Below are positions 21,775-31,947 of a stretch of 64,000 nt of DNA, one piece after another. Numbering within the stretch: the first letter of the stretch is position 1; every line of letters starts with the position of its first letter. The notes beneath the pieces were generated by a model. That model was not told the DNA's origin. It did no database searches and saw nothing but the letters and a program-made list of their open reading frames with translations. The stretch comes from Escherichia coli (GTDB lineage Bacteria; Pseudomonadota; Gammaproteobacteria; Enterobacterales; Enterobacteriaceae): NCBI RefSeq assembly GCF_003018255.1, contig NZ_CP027440.1. One strand, 5' to 3'. The position numbers and the translations under genes were made by a program.

Positions 21775-21960
21775 CGCCCTCATTTGGGGAGTAGCCGATT
21801 TCCAGATTCCGGAAATGTACGTGTCAACATACTCGTTGCAAAACGTGGCACGTACGGACTGAACACTTTCAGTCAGGCGAGACCATATGCACATCAATCG
21901 CTATGCCTGCATGAACGCGAAAACCATCGCGGTTTGTCGTTCATGTATGCATGTTTGCTG
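21775..21960 (+). ncRNA. mntP 5' leader carrying yybP-ykoY-class Mn(2+) riboswitch (boundaries approximate)
   Basis: Long non-coding leader upstream of mntP containing the GGGGAGTAGCC motif and paired distal elements that I recognise as the yybP-ykoY fold; only short spurious ORFs here. Confidence 0.6.
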
Positions 21961-22004
21961 GGGGCGATGATGTGTTTTATGGATACCCCGGTCAGGACGT
22001 TGTC

Positions 22005-22571
22005 ATGAATATCACTGCTACTATTCTTCTTGCGTTTGGTATGTCGATGGATGCATTTGCTGCATCAATCGGTAAAGGTGCCACCCTCCATAAACCGAAA
22101 TTTTCTGAAGCGTTGCGAACCGGCCTTATTTTTGGTGCTGTCGAAACCCTGACGCCGCTGATCGGCTGGGGAATGGGCATGTTAGCCAGCCGGTTTGTCC
22201 TTGAATGGAACCACTGGATTGCGTTTGTGCTGCTGATATTCCTCGGCGGGCGAATGATTATTGAGGGTTTTCGTGGCGCAGATGATGAAGATGAAGAGCC
22301 GCGCCGTCGACACGGTTTCTGGCTACTGGTAACCACCGCGATTGCCACCAGCCTGGATGCCATGGCTGTGGGTGTTGGTCTTGCTTTCCTTCAGGTCAAC
22401 ATTATCGCGACCGCATTGGCCATTGGTTGTGCAACCTTGATTATGTCGACATTAGGGATGATGGTTGGTCGCTTTATCGGCTCAATTATTGGGAAAAAAG
22501 CGGAAATTCTCGGCGGGCTGGTGCTGATCGGCATCGGCGTCCAGATCCTCTGGACGCACTTCCACGGTTAA
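22005..22571 (+). CDS. mntP: Mn(2+) efflux pump MntP (YebN), 188 aa
   Basis: Internal ATG at 22005 of ORF 21951..22571; membrane protein. Confidence 0.92.
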   Translation: MNITATILLAFGMSMDAFAASIGKGATLHKPKFSEALRTGLIFGAVETLTPLIGWGMGMLASRFVLEWNHWIAFVLLIFLGGRMIIEGFRGADDEDEEPRRRHGFWLLVTTAIATSLDAMAVGVGLAFLQVNIIATALAIGCATLIMSTLGMMVGRFIGSIIGKKAEILGGLVLIGIGVQILWTHFHG

Positions 22572-23377
22572 TAAGAACGCTGCCAGAGGTGAATATTAAA
22601 GTCCGTCTGGCAGTCGAACACTTCTTTTGCTGCCAGTGTTTGCCAGACTTCTGGCTTCGCACGCCAGGCAAACGGCGTCATCTGCAATAATGCGACGGCT
22701 TCATCACCGCGAAGACGCATCGGATAACACAACTCATCACTCTGCTGTAATGTAAAACCTTCGAGTTGTTCTGCATGTGGTGCATGAAGATGTACTTCAT
22801 TGTAAATCAGCCCCTTCAGCTCCATCAAATGTCGCGGTCCCGGCGTGGCAGTAATGACCCAACCGCCAGGCTTCACTACTCGCGCTAATTCTTCTGCTTT
22901 ACACGGCGCGTAAATACGTATTATGGCGTCCATACTGGTATCGGAAAACGGCAAACGGTGGCTGGAAGCAACACAAAAAGTGACCTGCGGATAGCGTTTC
23001 GCCGCCGCTTTTATCGCAACCTTCGAAACATCCAGACCAAACGTGGTGATTTCGGGCAACGCATCGGCAAATGCGTGTGTGTAATACCCTTCACCACAGC
23101 CAATATCCAGCACCGCCGTGGCCTTTTCATCAAGCCGTTCCCGCAGTTGGGCGACAATTGCATCACGCAGCGGCTGATAATGTCCGGCATCTAAGAATGC
23201 GCGGCGTGCTTGCATCATTTCCGCGCTGTCGCCCGGATCACGAGACCGTTTATGCTGAACGGGCAGCAGATTGACATACCCTTCTTTCGCCATATCAAAC
23301 TGATGTCGCTGGGGACAGATATAGCTGTTTTTTTCACGCGAAAGAGGCTGATGGCAAAGTGGACAGGAAAACGACAT
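22568..23377 (-). CDS. rlmA: 23S rRNA m1G745 methyltransferase RlmA (RrmA), 269 aa
   Basis: ORF 22568..23377 minus; N-terminal Cys4 zinc motif (CPLCHQ...CPQRH) plus SAM-MTase motif LDIGCGEG. Confidence 0.93.
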   Translation of the reverse strand: MSFSCPLCHQPLSREKNSYICPQRHQFDMAKEGYVNLLPVQHKRSRDPGDSAEMMQARRAFLDAGHYQPLRDAIVAQLRERLDEKATAVLDIGCGEGYYTHAFADALPEITTFGLDVSKVAIKAAAKRYPQVTFCVASSHRLPFSDTSMDAIIRIYAPCKAEELARVVKPGGWVITATPGPRHLMELKGLIYNEVHLHAPHAEQLEGFTLQQSDELCYPMRLRGDEAVALLQMTPFAWRAKPEVWQTLAAKEVFDCQTDFNIHLWQRSY

Positions 23378-23468
23378 GACAACTCCGGCAGGATACTAAA
23401 GGCCGCAAGTGTAACGCGAATCACGCGGCGGGCAAATATCCGAACGACTGGAGCGAAGATAAAGCAAA

Positions 23469-23497
23469 GTAAAAAGCCTCGCATTCGACGAGGCTTT
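23469..23497 (-). terminator. cspC intrinsic terminator
   Basis: Minus-strand RNA forms gcctcg / cgaggc stem followed by uuuuu. Confidence 0.7.
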
Positions 23498-23542
23498 ATA
23501 GCGAGATTGAAGCGTATTCACACTTCAGATCAGTGGATTCGA

Positions 23543-23752
23543 TCAGATAGCTGTTACGTTAACAGCTGCCGGACCTTTCTGACCGTCCTGAATTTCGAAC
23601 TCAACGTTCTGACCTTCAGCCAGAGTTTTGAAACCATTACCCTGGATAGCAGAGAAGTGTACGAACACGTCTTTGCTGCCATCAGCCGGAGTAATGAAGC
23701 CAAAACCTTTAGACTCGTTGAACCACTTAACCTGACCTTTAATCTTTGCCAT
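23543..23752 (-). CDS. cspC: Cold-shock-domain protein CspC, 69 aa
   Basis: ORF 23543..23752 minus; [20 protein letters not shown] with RNP motifs. Confidence 0.96.
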
Positions 23753-23764
23753 TTGAAAAATTCC

Positions 23765-23908
23765 TTAGATTGTTTTCTTCGCCCGCAGGCATAACATAGA
23801 TAAAACTGACACATTACTGCATGAGGCACCAATATAAGGCTCGGCAGAGAAGCGGTATTCAACGTCAACGTGTTTACTCAGGACTTCTTTACTGAAAATG
23901 CCACACAT
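23765..23908 (-). CDS. yobF: Small stress-induced protein YobF, 47 aa (co-transcribed with cspC)
   Basis: Manual minus-strand translation [47 protein letters not shown]; ends 12 nt before cspC start; below ORF-track cut-off. Confidence 0.85.
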
Positions 23909-24532
23909 AAACAGAACTGTACCTCGTTTAACCCGAAATCTGTTATCACATACAACGTTAATTATGGCAAGCCATTTTTAAACATGTCTCGATCAGACGC
24001 ACAAATCTCGATACGTCTTCCACTTTTTTTGCACACTTATGCAACGGAATACGCGCCGATATATCATTGTGCTTAACCTTGCCAGTTCAGGCAGATACTT
24101 AAACTGACGTATTTTCTAACATAGTTCAATAAGTTCAGTTGTTCCAGGCCAGTGGGAGAAGTTATTACATAGTGCGTGCAATATCACATTTTCTGCTATG
24201 CAATGAATAAAAAGTTATATCACTTTTTCTCATAAAACAGTCAGTTAACGGCTATCGATCACCCCAAAGAGAAGTCAATCGCCAAAGGTATTGTAAATTT
24301 AAAATAAGAAAAATTGATGAATGCGCAAAAAAATCAAGAGAGAAACGTTTCGCTAATAAATAATACCACGCTTAATCACAAATCCGATGTAAACATCCTA
24401 ATAAATTAATGGGCTAAATATCTTTTTCTGATATCCCGTTACGCAAATAAATAATATGATAATTATTTGAAGTCAGACCAGAGTTTTAATTTGAAGCAGT
24501 TGCACCATGACAGTGCGTATAATCAGGATGAA

Positions 24533-24564
24533 TTGAGTAACCCTTCAACGACGGGGTTACTCAA
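24533..24564 (-). terminator. Perfect 11-bp stem hairpin 14 nt downstream of yebO stop (probable yebO terminator; U-tract weak)
   Basis: ttgagtaaccc-(10 nt loop)-gggttactcaa. Confidence 0.4.
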
Positions 24565-24577
24565 GATTGAGGAAGGA

Positions 24578-24865
24578 TTATCGTTCGGCGACCAGACGAA
24601 TAATATCTTCGTCTTCAACCGATTTTTGACTCTCAACGGTCTTTTTATCTGCTTTCTCAGGTTCGTTTGCTTCGCACAAACGACGTAACAGAGCATTTTG
24701 ACGTTTTTGCTGATCCAGCAACGCCTCAAGCAGTTCAATCTGTTCGTTAGTCCGTGAACTGGCACGATTGATAAAAAACCACAAGATAAGCCCGATAAAA
24801 AGAACCACCACCGATACAACCAAAGACGCAATGTTCATCACGCCTGAATTTACAACTTCGTTCAT
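24578..24865 (-). CDS. yebO: Small membrane protein YebO, 95 aa
   Basis: ORF 24578..24865 minus; N-terminal TM helix then charged tail. Confidence 0.9.
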   Translation of the reverse strand: MNEVVNSGVMNIASLVVSVVVLFIGLILWFFINRASSRTNEQIELLEALLDQQKRQNALLRRLCEANEPEKADKKTVESQKSVEDEDIIRLVAER

Positions 24866-24939
24866 TTCACCACCTCTGAGTAGAGGCGCTATTCTACCAC
24901 TGCTGGAGAGGAAGAAAATCTAGTGCTGAAAAAATGATA

Positions 24940-25083
24940 TCACCACGGGATAAACTGGTTAATGGCACAAATTCCGCTGAAAAATTGTACATCCTGATCG
25001 CACATCATGTTGAATACCTGCGCCCAAAGCAGCAAGCAAGCCAACACCACGACAACCAGAACGACCCATCGAAACTTTTTCAC
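24940..25083 (-). CDS. mgrB: PhoQ-inhibiting small membrane protein MgrB, 47 aa, GTG start
   Basis: Manual minus-strand translation [47 protein letters not shown] from GTG at 25081-25083; below ORF-track cut-off. Confidence 0.85.
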
Positions 25084-25124
25084 TCCAATCTCCGTTTCAC
25101 CTACCTTATGTCATTAAACTAGCA

Positions 25125-25155
25125 TGCGTTAGTTAAACAGCGCCTAACTATGTCG
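25125..25155 (-). promoter_or_regulatory. Candidate PhoP box in mgrB promoter
   Basis: Minus strand reads TGTTTAactaacgcatgcTAGTTTAat upstream of mgrB; spacing not verified against consensus. Confidence 0.35.
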
Positions 25156-25241
25156 ATATTCGTGCTTTTTCAGAATGAGTCGCTTGCTTCAGCGCATATT
25201 GCCGCTACGATTAAGCGAACATAAAAAGAGAAGAGGTTGTA

Positions 25242-25481
25242 ATGCGATTCATCATTCGCACAGTTATGCTGATAGCACTGGTATGGATAGGATTATTACT
25301 CAGCGGATATGGCGTTTTGATTGGAAGCAAAGGGAATGCCGCGGGATTAGGTTTGCAATGTACCTATCTGACCGCCAGAGGCACCAGCACGGTACAATAC
25401 CTGCACACTAAAAGTGGTTTTCTGGGGATAACAGATTGCCCGTTGTTACGTAAAAGCAATATTGTGGTCGATAATGGTTAA
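25242..25481 (+). CDS. yobH: Small membrane protein YobH, 79 aa
   Basis: ORF 25242..25481; signal/TM-like N-terminus; divergent from mgrB. Confidence 0.85.
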   Translation: MRFIIRTVMLIALVWIGLLLSGYGVLIGSKGNAAGLGLQCTYLTARGTSTVQYLHTKSGFLGITDCPLLRKSNIVVDNG

Positions 25482-25624
25482 GGGTAATAAATAACCAGAT
25501 TCTCACTCATGAGTAAAATATTCTTATCGCAAGTACGTTTAATATAACGCCACCTTCAACTTTATTTTTCTCATGCTCAATAAAGAACCTGTCTGTTTGA
25601 TATTCAGACAGGTTCTTACTCTCA

Positions 25625-26416
25625 TCAGAACGGATAGTCGTGATAACCCATTTGGGCAGAAATTTTGCGCGCCGCGGTATGCAACATTGCGACATATTCC
25701 TGTAAACGCTCTTCAGAGAAACGCAACGTCGGGAAGGAGATGCTAAGACCGGCAATGACCACGCCAAAGCGATCAAATACCGGAACCGCAATGCATCGCA
25801 GCCCTTCTTCCTGCTCTTCGTTATCTTCGCCATACCCCTGCTCACGCACCTGGTCCAGAACGGGTAATAACGCTTCTGTACTGGTGATGGTCCGCTCGGT
25901 ACTGCGTTTATACTCCACGCCCTCAAGAATTTGCTTCACTTCATCGCGATCGCGCCATGCCAGCAGTACCTTACCAATCGCGGTGCTGTACAGCGGATTA
26001 CGACGCCCAATCCGTGAATACATGCGCAAATTGTACATAGAGTCAATTTTGTGAATGTAAACAATACTGTCTTCGTCCAGTGCGCCGAGGTGGATAGTTT
26101 CTTTGGTCAGGCGGGAGATCTCACGCATCTGGATATCTGCGCTACGAATTAAATCGACGTTTTGTAACGCGCGAGCGCCCAGTTCAAACAATTTCAGGGT
26201 CAGGGAATATTTCTCCGACTCCCCTTCCTGCGCCACATAACCTAAGGTTTTCATGGTCTGTAAAAAGCGATAAACGGTGCTTTTTGACATCATGACGCGC
26301 TGCGACAGCTCGGTTATCCCTATTTCGCGCTCTTCACCCAGCGCCTGCAAAATGCCAAAAACTTTTAGCACGGAAGATACAGAATCAGGCTGTTTATCCA
26401 GATCTGCGTTAGCCAT
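25625..26416 (-). CDS. kdgR: IclR-family transcriptional repressor KdgR, 263 aa
   Basis: ORF 25625..26416 minus; N-terminal HTH and IclR effector domain. Confidence 0.94.
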   Translation of the reverse strand: MANADLDKQPDSVSSVLKVFGILQALGEEREIGITELSQRVMMSKSTVYRFLQTMKTLGYVAQEGESEKYSLTLKLFELGARALQNVDLIRSADIQMREISRLTKETIHLGALDEDSIVYIHKIDSMYNLRMYSRIGRRNPLYSTAIGKVLLAWRDRDEVKQILEGVEYKRSTERTITSTEALLPVLDQVREQGYGEDNEEQEEGLRCIAVPVFDRFGVVIAGLSISFPTLRFSEERLQEYVAMLHTAARKISAQMGYHDYPF

Positions 26417-26592
26417 TTATCACCTCATTGCGAGTGTTTTATAAAAATCAGAACTGTTTTTTATTATAATTTCGCACCTGGGTGGTCGCAATCCATCTTT
26501 TGCCGGTTAGTTACAATTCTGCGACATCCACCGTGAATATCAGTGCTAGAATCATACCCCTGTTGATTATTCACCAAAGATATAAAATTCCT

Positions 26593-27966
26593 ATGCCAAA
26601 AGTTCAGGCCGACGGCCTGCCATTGCCCCAGCGATACGGTGCGATATTAACCATTGTGATTGGTATTTCGATGGCTGTCCTTGACGGCGCAATCGCCAAC
26701 GTCGCCCTGCCAACAATCGCCACGGACCTTCATGCCACGCCAGCCAGTTCCATCTGGGTAGTGAACGCCTATCAAATCGCCATTGTCATCTCCCTGCTCT
26801 CGTTTTCGTTTCTGGGCGATATGTTTGGCTATCGACGTATTTATAAATGCGGTCTGGTCGTTTTTCTGTTGTCTTCACTGTTCTGCGCCCTTTCTGATTC
26901 GCTGCAAATGCTCACCCTTGCGCGTGTCATACAAGGTTTCGGCGGTGCAGCGTTGATGAGCGTTAATACCGCACTTATCCGCCTGATCTATCCACAACGT
27001 TTTCTGGGTAGAGGGATGGGCATAAACTCGTTTATTGTTGCCGTCTCTTCTGCTGCCGGGCCGACAATTGCTGCAGCAATCCTCTCCATCGCATCCTGGA
27101 AATGGTTATTTTTAATCAACGTACCGTTAGGTATTATCGCCCTGCTTCTGGCGATGCGTTTTCTGCCACCCAATGGTTCTCGCGCCAGTAAACCCCGTTT
27201 CGACCTGCCCAGCGCCGTGATGAACGCGTTAACCTTCGGCCTGCTTATCACTGCGTTGAGTGGTTTCGCTCAGGGGCAATCGCTGACGTTAATTGCTGCG
27301 GAACTGGTGGTAATGGTTGTTGTTGGTATTTTCTTTATTCGCCGCCAGCTTTCTCTTCCCGTACCGCTGCTACCGGTGGATTTACTGCGTATCCCGCTGT
27401 TTTCACTTTCTATTTGCACATCTGTTTGCTCTTTCTGCGCACAAATGCTGGCAATGGTTTCCCTGCCCTTTTACCTGCAAACCGTGCTCGGGCGTAGTGA
27501 AGTCGAAACAGGCTTACTTCTGACACCGTGGCCGTTAGCAACGATGGTGATGGCTCCGCTGGCAGGCTATTTGATTGAACGCGTACATGCAGGACTGCTG
27601 GGTGCTTTAGGGTTGTTCATCATGGCTGCGGGGCTTTTTTCCCTGGTTCTGCTGCCCGCGTCACCTGCGGATATCAATATTATCTGGCCGATGATCTTAT
27701 GTGGCGCTGGATTTGGCTTATTCCAGTCACCCAATAACCACACCATTATAACCTCCGCTCCGCGCGAACGTAGCGGTGGGGCCAGTGGCATGTTAGGGAC
27801 GGCTCGTCTACTGGGTCAGAGTAGTGGCGCGGCGCTGGTGGCGCTGATGCTAAATCAGTTTGGTGATAATGGTACGCACGTCTCGCTGATGGCTGCGGCT
27901 ATTCTGGCAGTAATTGCTGCCTGTGTCAGTGGTTTACGTATCACTCAGCCACGAGCCTGGGCATAA
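26593..27966 (+). CDS. yebQ: MFS (DHA2-type) transporter YebQ, 457 aa
   Basis: Internal ATG at 26593 of ORF 26482..27966; 14-TM-like MFS translation. Confidence 0.9.
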   Translation: MPKVQADGLPLPQRYGAILTIVIGISMAVLDGAIANVALPTIATDLHATPASSIWVVNAYQIAIVISLLSFSFLGDMFGYRRIYKCGLVVFLLSSLFCALSDSLQMLTLARVIQGFGGAALMSVNTALIRLIYPQRFLGRGMGINSFIVAVSSAAGPTIAAAILSIASWKWLFLINVPLGIIALLLAMRFLPPNGSRASKPRFDLPSAVMNALTFGLLITALSGFAQGQSLTLIAAELVVMVVVGIFFIRRQLSLPVPLLPVDLLRIPLFSLSICTSVCSFCAQMLAMVSLPFYLQTVLGRSEVETGLLLTPWPLATMVMAPLAGYLIERVHAGLLGALGLFIMAAGLFSLVLLPASPADINIIWPMILCGAGFGLFQSPNNHTIITSAPRERSGGASGMLGTARLLGQSSGAALVALMLNQFGDNGTHVSLMAAAILAVIAACVSGLRITQPRAWA

Positions 27967-27997
27967 AAAAAGCGCGTCGATCAGGACGCGCTTTTTA
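27965..27997. terminator. Bidirectional intrinsic terminator between convergent yebQ and htpX
   Basis: aaaaaa-agcgcgtc-gatcag-gacgcgct-ttttt. Confidence 0.75.
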
Positions 27998-28011
27998 GTA
28001 TTTACTTCATA

Positions 28012-28893
28012 TTACTTCAGGTATTCACCCGTACGCAGAGCTTCAATACGTTTATCCAGCGGCGGGTGAGTCATGAACAACTCACTGAGCGATTTCGACT
28101 TACCGTTAATGCAGAAAGCCATCATGCTGGTTGCTTCTTGCGGTTCATAGCTGGTTTTCAGGCGCTGCAATGCAGCAATCATTTTCTCGCGACCAACCAG
28201 TTTTGCCGAACCGGCATCAGCGTGGAATTCACGATGACGCGAGAACCACATGGTGATAATGCTCGCCAGAATACCAAACACCAGTTCCAGAACCGTTGCA
28301 ACCGCAAAGTAGATCAGCGGGTTGCCGTTGCTCTCTTCACCTTCATCACGATTTCCGCCCATAAAACCCGCGGCAAGCTGCGCCAGAATTCGGGAAATAA
28401 AGATAACGAAGGTGTTCACCACGCCCTGAATCAGCGTCATGGTGACCATATCACCATTGGCGATGTGGCTGATTTCGTGAGCAATTACCGCCTCGGCTTC
28501 ATCCGGGCTCATGTTCTGCAGCAAACCGGTGCTGACAGCAACCAGAGAGGCATCACGGCGCGCACCGGTTGCAAAAGCGTTGATGTCCGGCGCATGGTAG
28601 ATAGCCACTTGCGGCATAGCGATCCCCGCCTGACGAGCCTGGGTTGCTACAGTATTGACCAGCCAACGTTCCCTTTCGTTACGCGGTTGCTCGATCACTT
28701 CCCCGCCAACAGATCGTAATGCCATCCATTTGGACATCAGAAGCGAAACGAAGGAACCACCAAAACCGAACAGCAAGGCCATGATCATCAGCCCCTGAAC
28801 GCTGCTCGACTGTATCCCTGTCAGGCTCAGTACCAGCCCGAAAACGACCATTACGGCCAGGTTCGTTAGCAGGAAGAGCGCGATTCGCATCAT
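28012..28893 (-). CDS. htpX: Membrane zinc metalloprotease HtpX, 293 aa
   Basis: ORF 28012..28893 minus; HEISH zinc motif present. Confidence 0.95.
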
Positions 28894-29048
28894 AATTTTC
28901 TTTTTACCTCAGTTTAACAAAACGCAATATGCGATACCCACATCGTATGGGTTACGCGACTATTTTCAAGTCTGGATAGTGCGTAAGTCACCAGAAAGAC
29001 ACAACTTTACATTTTGTAGCATCTGATTTACGGCATCTTGCCGCTGTT

Positions 29049-29079
29049 AAAAAATCAGGCACAATTTCTTGTGCCTGAT
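29049..29079 (-). terminator. prc intrinsic terminator
   Basis: Minus-strand stem tcaggcacaa / ttgtgcctga followed by uuuuuu. Confidence 0.7.
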
Positions 29080-29084
29080 TGATA

Positions 29085-31133
29085 TTACTTGACGGGAGCG
29101 GGTTGTTCCGCGGGTCTGGCTTTTTCAAGCTTCGCCAGATCGAGTGCGATATTCACCGTCTCATCCAGATAAGGATCCGGCTCCTGGTAATCTTTCGGTA
29201 GATCATCCAGTTTCTTCAACTCCGGTTTACCTTCGCGCTTAAAGCGTTCGTTCAAACGCGCCAGACGCGTCGCATCATCTTCATTATTCTCTTTCTCACG
29301 CACAGCGTAATTCAGAGAAACGATATTGCGCTTGTCCTTCATAGCGTTGAAGCGCGCGATATCCTTCATGATGTTCTGGAACTCTGGATCTTTCGCGATA
29401 CGCGCATTATGTTCCTTCAGCAGCTCCGGTCCAAAGGCCGTCAAATCTCCCGATTTCACATAGGTCGCGGCATCGATGCTATCCCACGGCAGCGCGTTAT
29501 CTTCGAATTTCTCACCGGTTTCCGTTTCTTCATTACCCGTCGGCATGATGATGTCTGGCGTTACGCCTTTACGTTGCGTACTGCCGCCGTTAACGCGATA
29601 GAATTTCTGGATCGTGTACTGCACAGAACCCAGCGCTGGCCATTCAGGACGTAACATCTGATCGTAGATACGGTTCAATGAACGGTATTGCTGAACGGTG
29701 CCTTTACCAAACGTCGGTTCACCCACAACCAGCGCACGACCGTAATCCTGCATTGCCGCGGCAAAGATTTCTGAAGCCGAAGCACTGAAGCGGTCAACCA
29801 GCACCACCAGCGGGCCTTTATAGAAAACCTGCCCATCGGTATCGCTGTCTTCACGAACTTTACCGTTGTTATCACGGACCTGAACAATCGGACCGGATGG
29901 AATGAACAGACCGGAGAGCGATACCGCTTCGGTCAACGCCCCACCGCCATTGCTACGCAGGTCGATGATGACACTGCTGACATTCTGTTTTTCCAGTTTC
30001 TGCAACTGCACTTTGACATCGTCTGTCAAACCCACATAGAAACCTGGAATATCCAGAACGCCGACTTTCTCTTTACCGACGGTCTTCACCGACATTTTAA
30101 CCGCACGGTCTTCGAGGCGAATACGTTCACGGGTCAACGTTACAGTACGGGTCTTGGTCCCTTTACCAGCAGGTAAAATTTCCAGACGAACTTTACTGCC
30201 CTTCGGCCCTTTAATTAAGGCAACCACATCATCAAGACGCCAGCCAATCACGTCAACCATCGGCTTGCCTGTTTGACCAACACCGACAATTTTGTCACCA
30301 ACGCTGATAGCTTTACTCTTCGCTGCCGGACCACCTGCCACCATCGAATTGATAACGGTGTAGTCATCATCCATTTGCAGAACTGCGCCAATACCTTCCA
30401 GCGACAAACTCATTTCAGTGTTGAACTGTTCGGTATTACGCGGGGAAAGATAGTTGGTATGCGGGTCGATTTCACGCGCAAACGCCGTCATTGCCAGCGA
30501 GAAAACATCTTCGCTGTTGGTTTGCGCCAGACGACGAATGGCAAATTTGTAGCGGCGAGTCAGGGTTTCACGAATTTCTTTATCCGTTTTTCCTGCCAGC
30601 TTCAGGCTTAACTCGTCGAATTTGACTTTACTGTCCCACAGCGCGTTCAACTCAGCCTCGTTTTTCGGCCAGGGCGCTTTGCTGCGGTCAAGGTTATAAG
30701 TGTCGTTGCCGGTGAAATCCATCGGCTTTTCCAGTACCGACAAAGCGTACTGGTAACGTTCAAAACGACGCTTTTGCGCCAGATTGTAGAGATCGTAGAA
30801 AACGTCGAGTTTGCCTGAACGCAGTTCATCGCCTAACTCGGTTTTCTTTTTCGCGAACTGTTCAACATCGCTTGCCAGCAGCACGTTGTGGCTGTAATCG
30901 AGCAGATTCAGATAGCGGTCAAAGATTTTGGCCGAAAATGCCTGATCGAGGTCGAACTGGCGATAATGAGAACGGGTGAAGCGCGACGTTACGCGCTCAC
31001 TCACCGTCGCATGCTGCGTCTCTTCCTTTAATACCGGAATTTGATCAGCACGCGTGATATCTTCTACAGCGAAGGTCTGGCCTGCTATTGCAAGCAGGCC
31101 AGCTAACGCGGTAAGCCTAAAAAACATGTTCAT
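29085..31133 (-). CDS. prc: Tail-specific periplasmic protease Prc (Tsp), 682 aa
   Basis: Internal ATG (MNMFFRLTALAGLLAIAG signal peptide) of ORF 29085..31181; PDZ and S41 peptidase motifs. Confidence 0.93.
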   Translation of the reverse strand: MNMFFRLTALAGLLAIAGQTFAVEDITRADQIPVLKEETQHATVSERVTSRFTRSHYRQFDLDQAFSAKIFDRYLNLLDYSHNVLLASDVEQFAKKKTELGDELRSGKLDVFYDLYNLAQKRRFERYQYALSVLEKPMDFTGNDTYNLDRSKAPWPKNEAELNALWDSKVKFDELSLKLAGKTDKEIRETLTRRYKFAIRRLAQTNSEDVFSLAMTAFAREIDPHTNYLSPRNTEQFNTEMSLSLEGIGAVLQMDDDYTVINSMVAGGPAAKSKAISVGDKIVGVGQTGKPMVDVIGWRLDDVVALIKGPKGSKVRLEILPAGKGTKTRTVTLTRERIRLEDRAVKMSVKTVGKEKVGVLDIPGFYVGLTDDVKVQLQKLEKQNVSSVIIDLRSNGGGALTEAVSLSGLFIPSGPIVQVRDNNGKVREDSDTDGQVFYKGPLVVLVDRFSASASEIFAAAMQDYGRALVVGEPTFGKGTVQQYRSLNRIYDQMLRPEWPALGSVQYTIQKFYRVNGGSTQRKGVTPDIIMPTGNEETETGEKFEDNALPWDSIDAATYVKSGDLTAFGPELLKEHNARIAKDPEFQNIMKDIARFNAMKDKRNIVSLNYAVREKENNEDDATRLARLNERFKREGKPELKKLDDLPKDYQEPDPYLDETVNIALDLAKLEKARPAEQPAPVK

Positions 31134-31152
31134 GCCTGGCCCGGCCTCCGTT

Positions 31153-31851
31153 TCAGAACACCAGGTGTTCTGCGCGCACAATCAAAGACATACCCGAATT
31201 CAGCTGGACGCGGACGCCGTCTTTGGTGATTTCTAATACGGTGGCATCCATCGCGTTTTGACCCGCTTTCACCTTCAGGGCTTGTCCGACAGTCAGAGCT
31301 GAAATGTCAGAAACCGGGGTGTGCTGTTCTTCGCGAGGTGCTTTTACTGTTTTTGGCGCTTTCTCTACCGGCTTTTGCGCACGAGGTTTACGTTCAGCGC
31401 CTTCTTTGCGGCGTGGCGTGGTCGGACGTGGCTTGCGTTCACGGCGCGGTGCGTCTTCTTTCTCACCAGCAGCTGCGGCAGCTTCGCGTTTTTTCGCTTG
31501 CTGCTCAGCACGCTGTGCCTGAACACGCGCTTTCGCTTCTTCAAGCTGCTTGCGAGCATGCTCTACATGTTGCTCGTCCAGCTCACCGCATGGGTTGCCG
31601 TCAAGATCGACACGCGTTGCGCCGGGTTTAACACCGTAAAGGTAACGCCAGCTCGAAGTGTAGAGACGTAAAGCGGATCGCAATTGCGTTTTGCTCAGGT
31701 TCATTTCCCCGGCAACACGATCGACCAAATCCTGAAAAATACCGATTTTCAGCGGACGCGCTTCACCTTCCGCACTGAAACAGTGGGGAAAACGTTCGGC
31801 CAGAAACGCGATTACTTCTTTACTGCTATTCAACTTAGGTTGATTTTCCAT
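31153..31851 (-). CDS. proQ: RNA chaperone ProQ, 232 aa
   Basis: ORF 31153..31851 minus; FinO-like N-terminal domain, basic Ala/Arg/Lys-rich linker, Tudor-like C-terminus. Confidence 0.95.
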
Positions 31852-31947
31852 GAAATTTCCTGATTACAACGGACGTAGCCAACAAGCGCAGGCATGAACA
31901 GGCGTCATTATAATGACGCTATCAGTAAATGCTACGTTATCCGTTGA

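Noticed and set aside
21763-22008. 81-aa plus-strand ORF inside the mntP leader
   Set aside because: Falls within the region I assign to the Mn riboswitch; no SD; more parsimonious as structured RNA than protein.
23210-23794. 194-aa plus-strand ORF spanning rlmA 5' end, the cspC terminator and cspC
   Set aside because: Crosses an intrinsic terminator and two well-defined opposite-strand genes; implausible as a real gene.
24467-24688. 73-aa plus-strand ORF in the yobF-yebO gap
   Set aside because: Begins with TTG, has no SD, and overlaps the yebO 3' end antisense; treated as non-coding.
31304-31671. Several overlapping plus-strand ORFs (72-116 aa)
   Set aside because: All antisense to the Ala/Arg/Lys-rich linker of proQ; repetitive GC-rich codons generate open frames in multiple phases.
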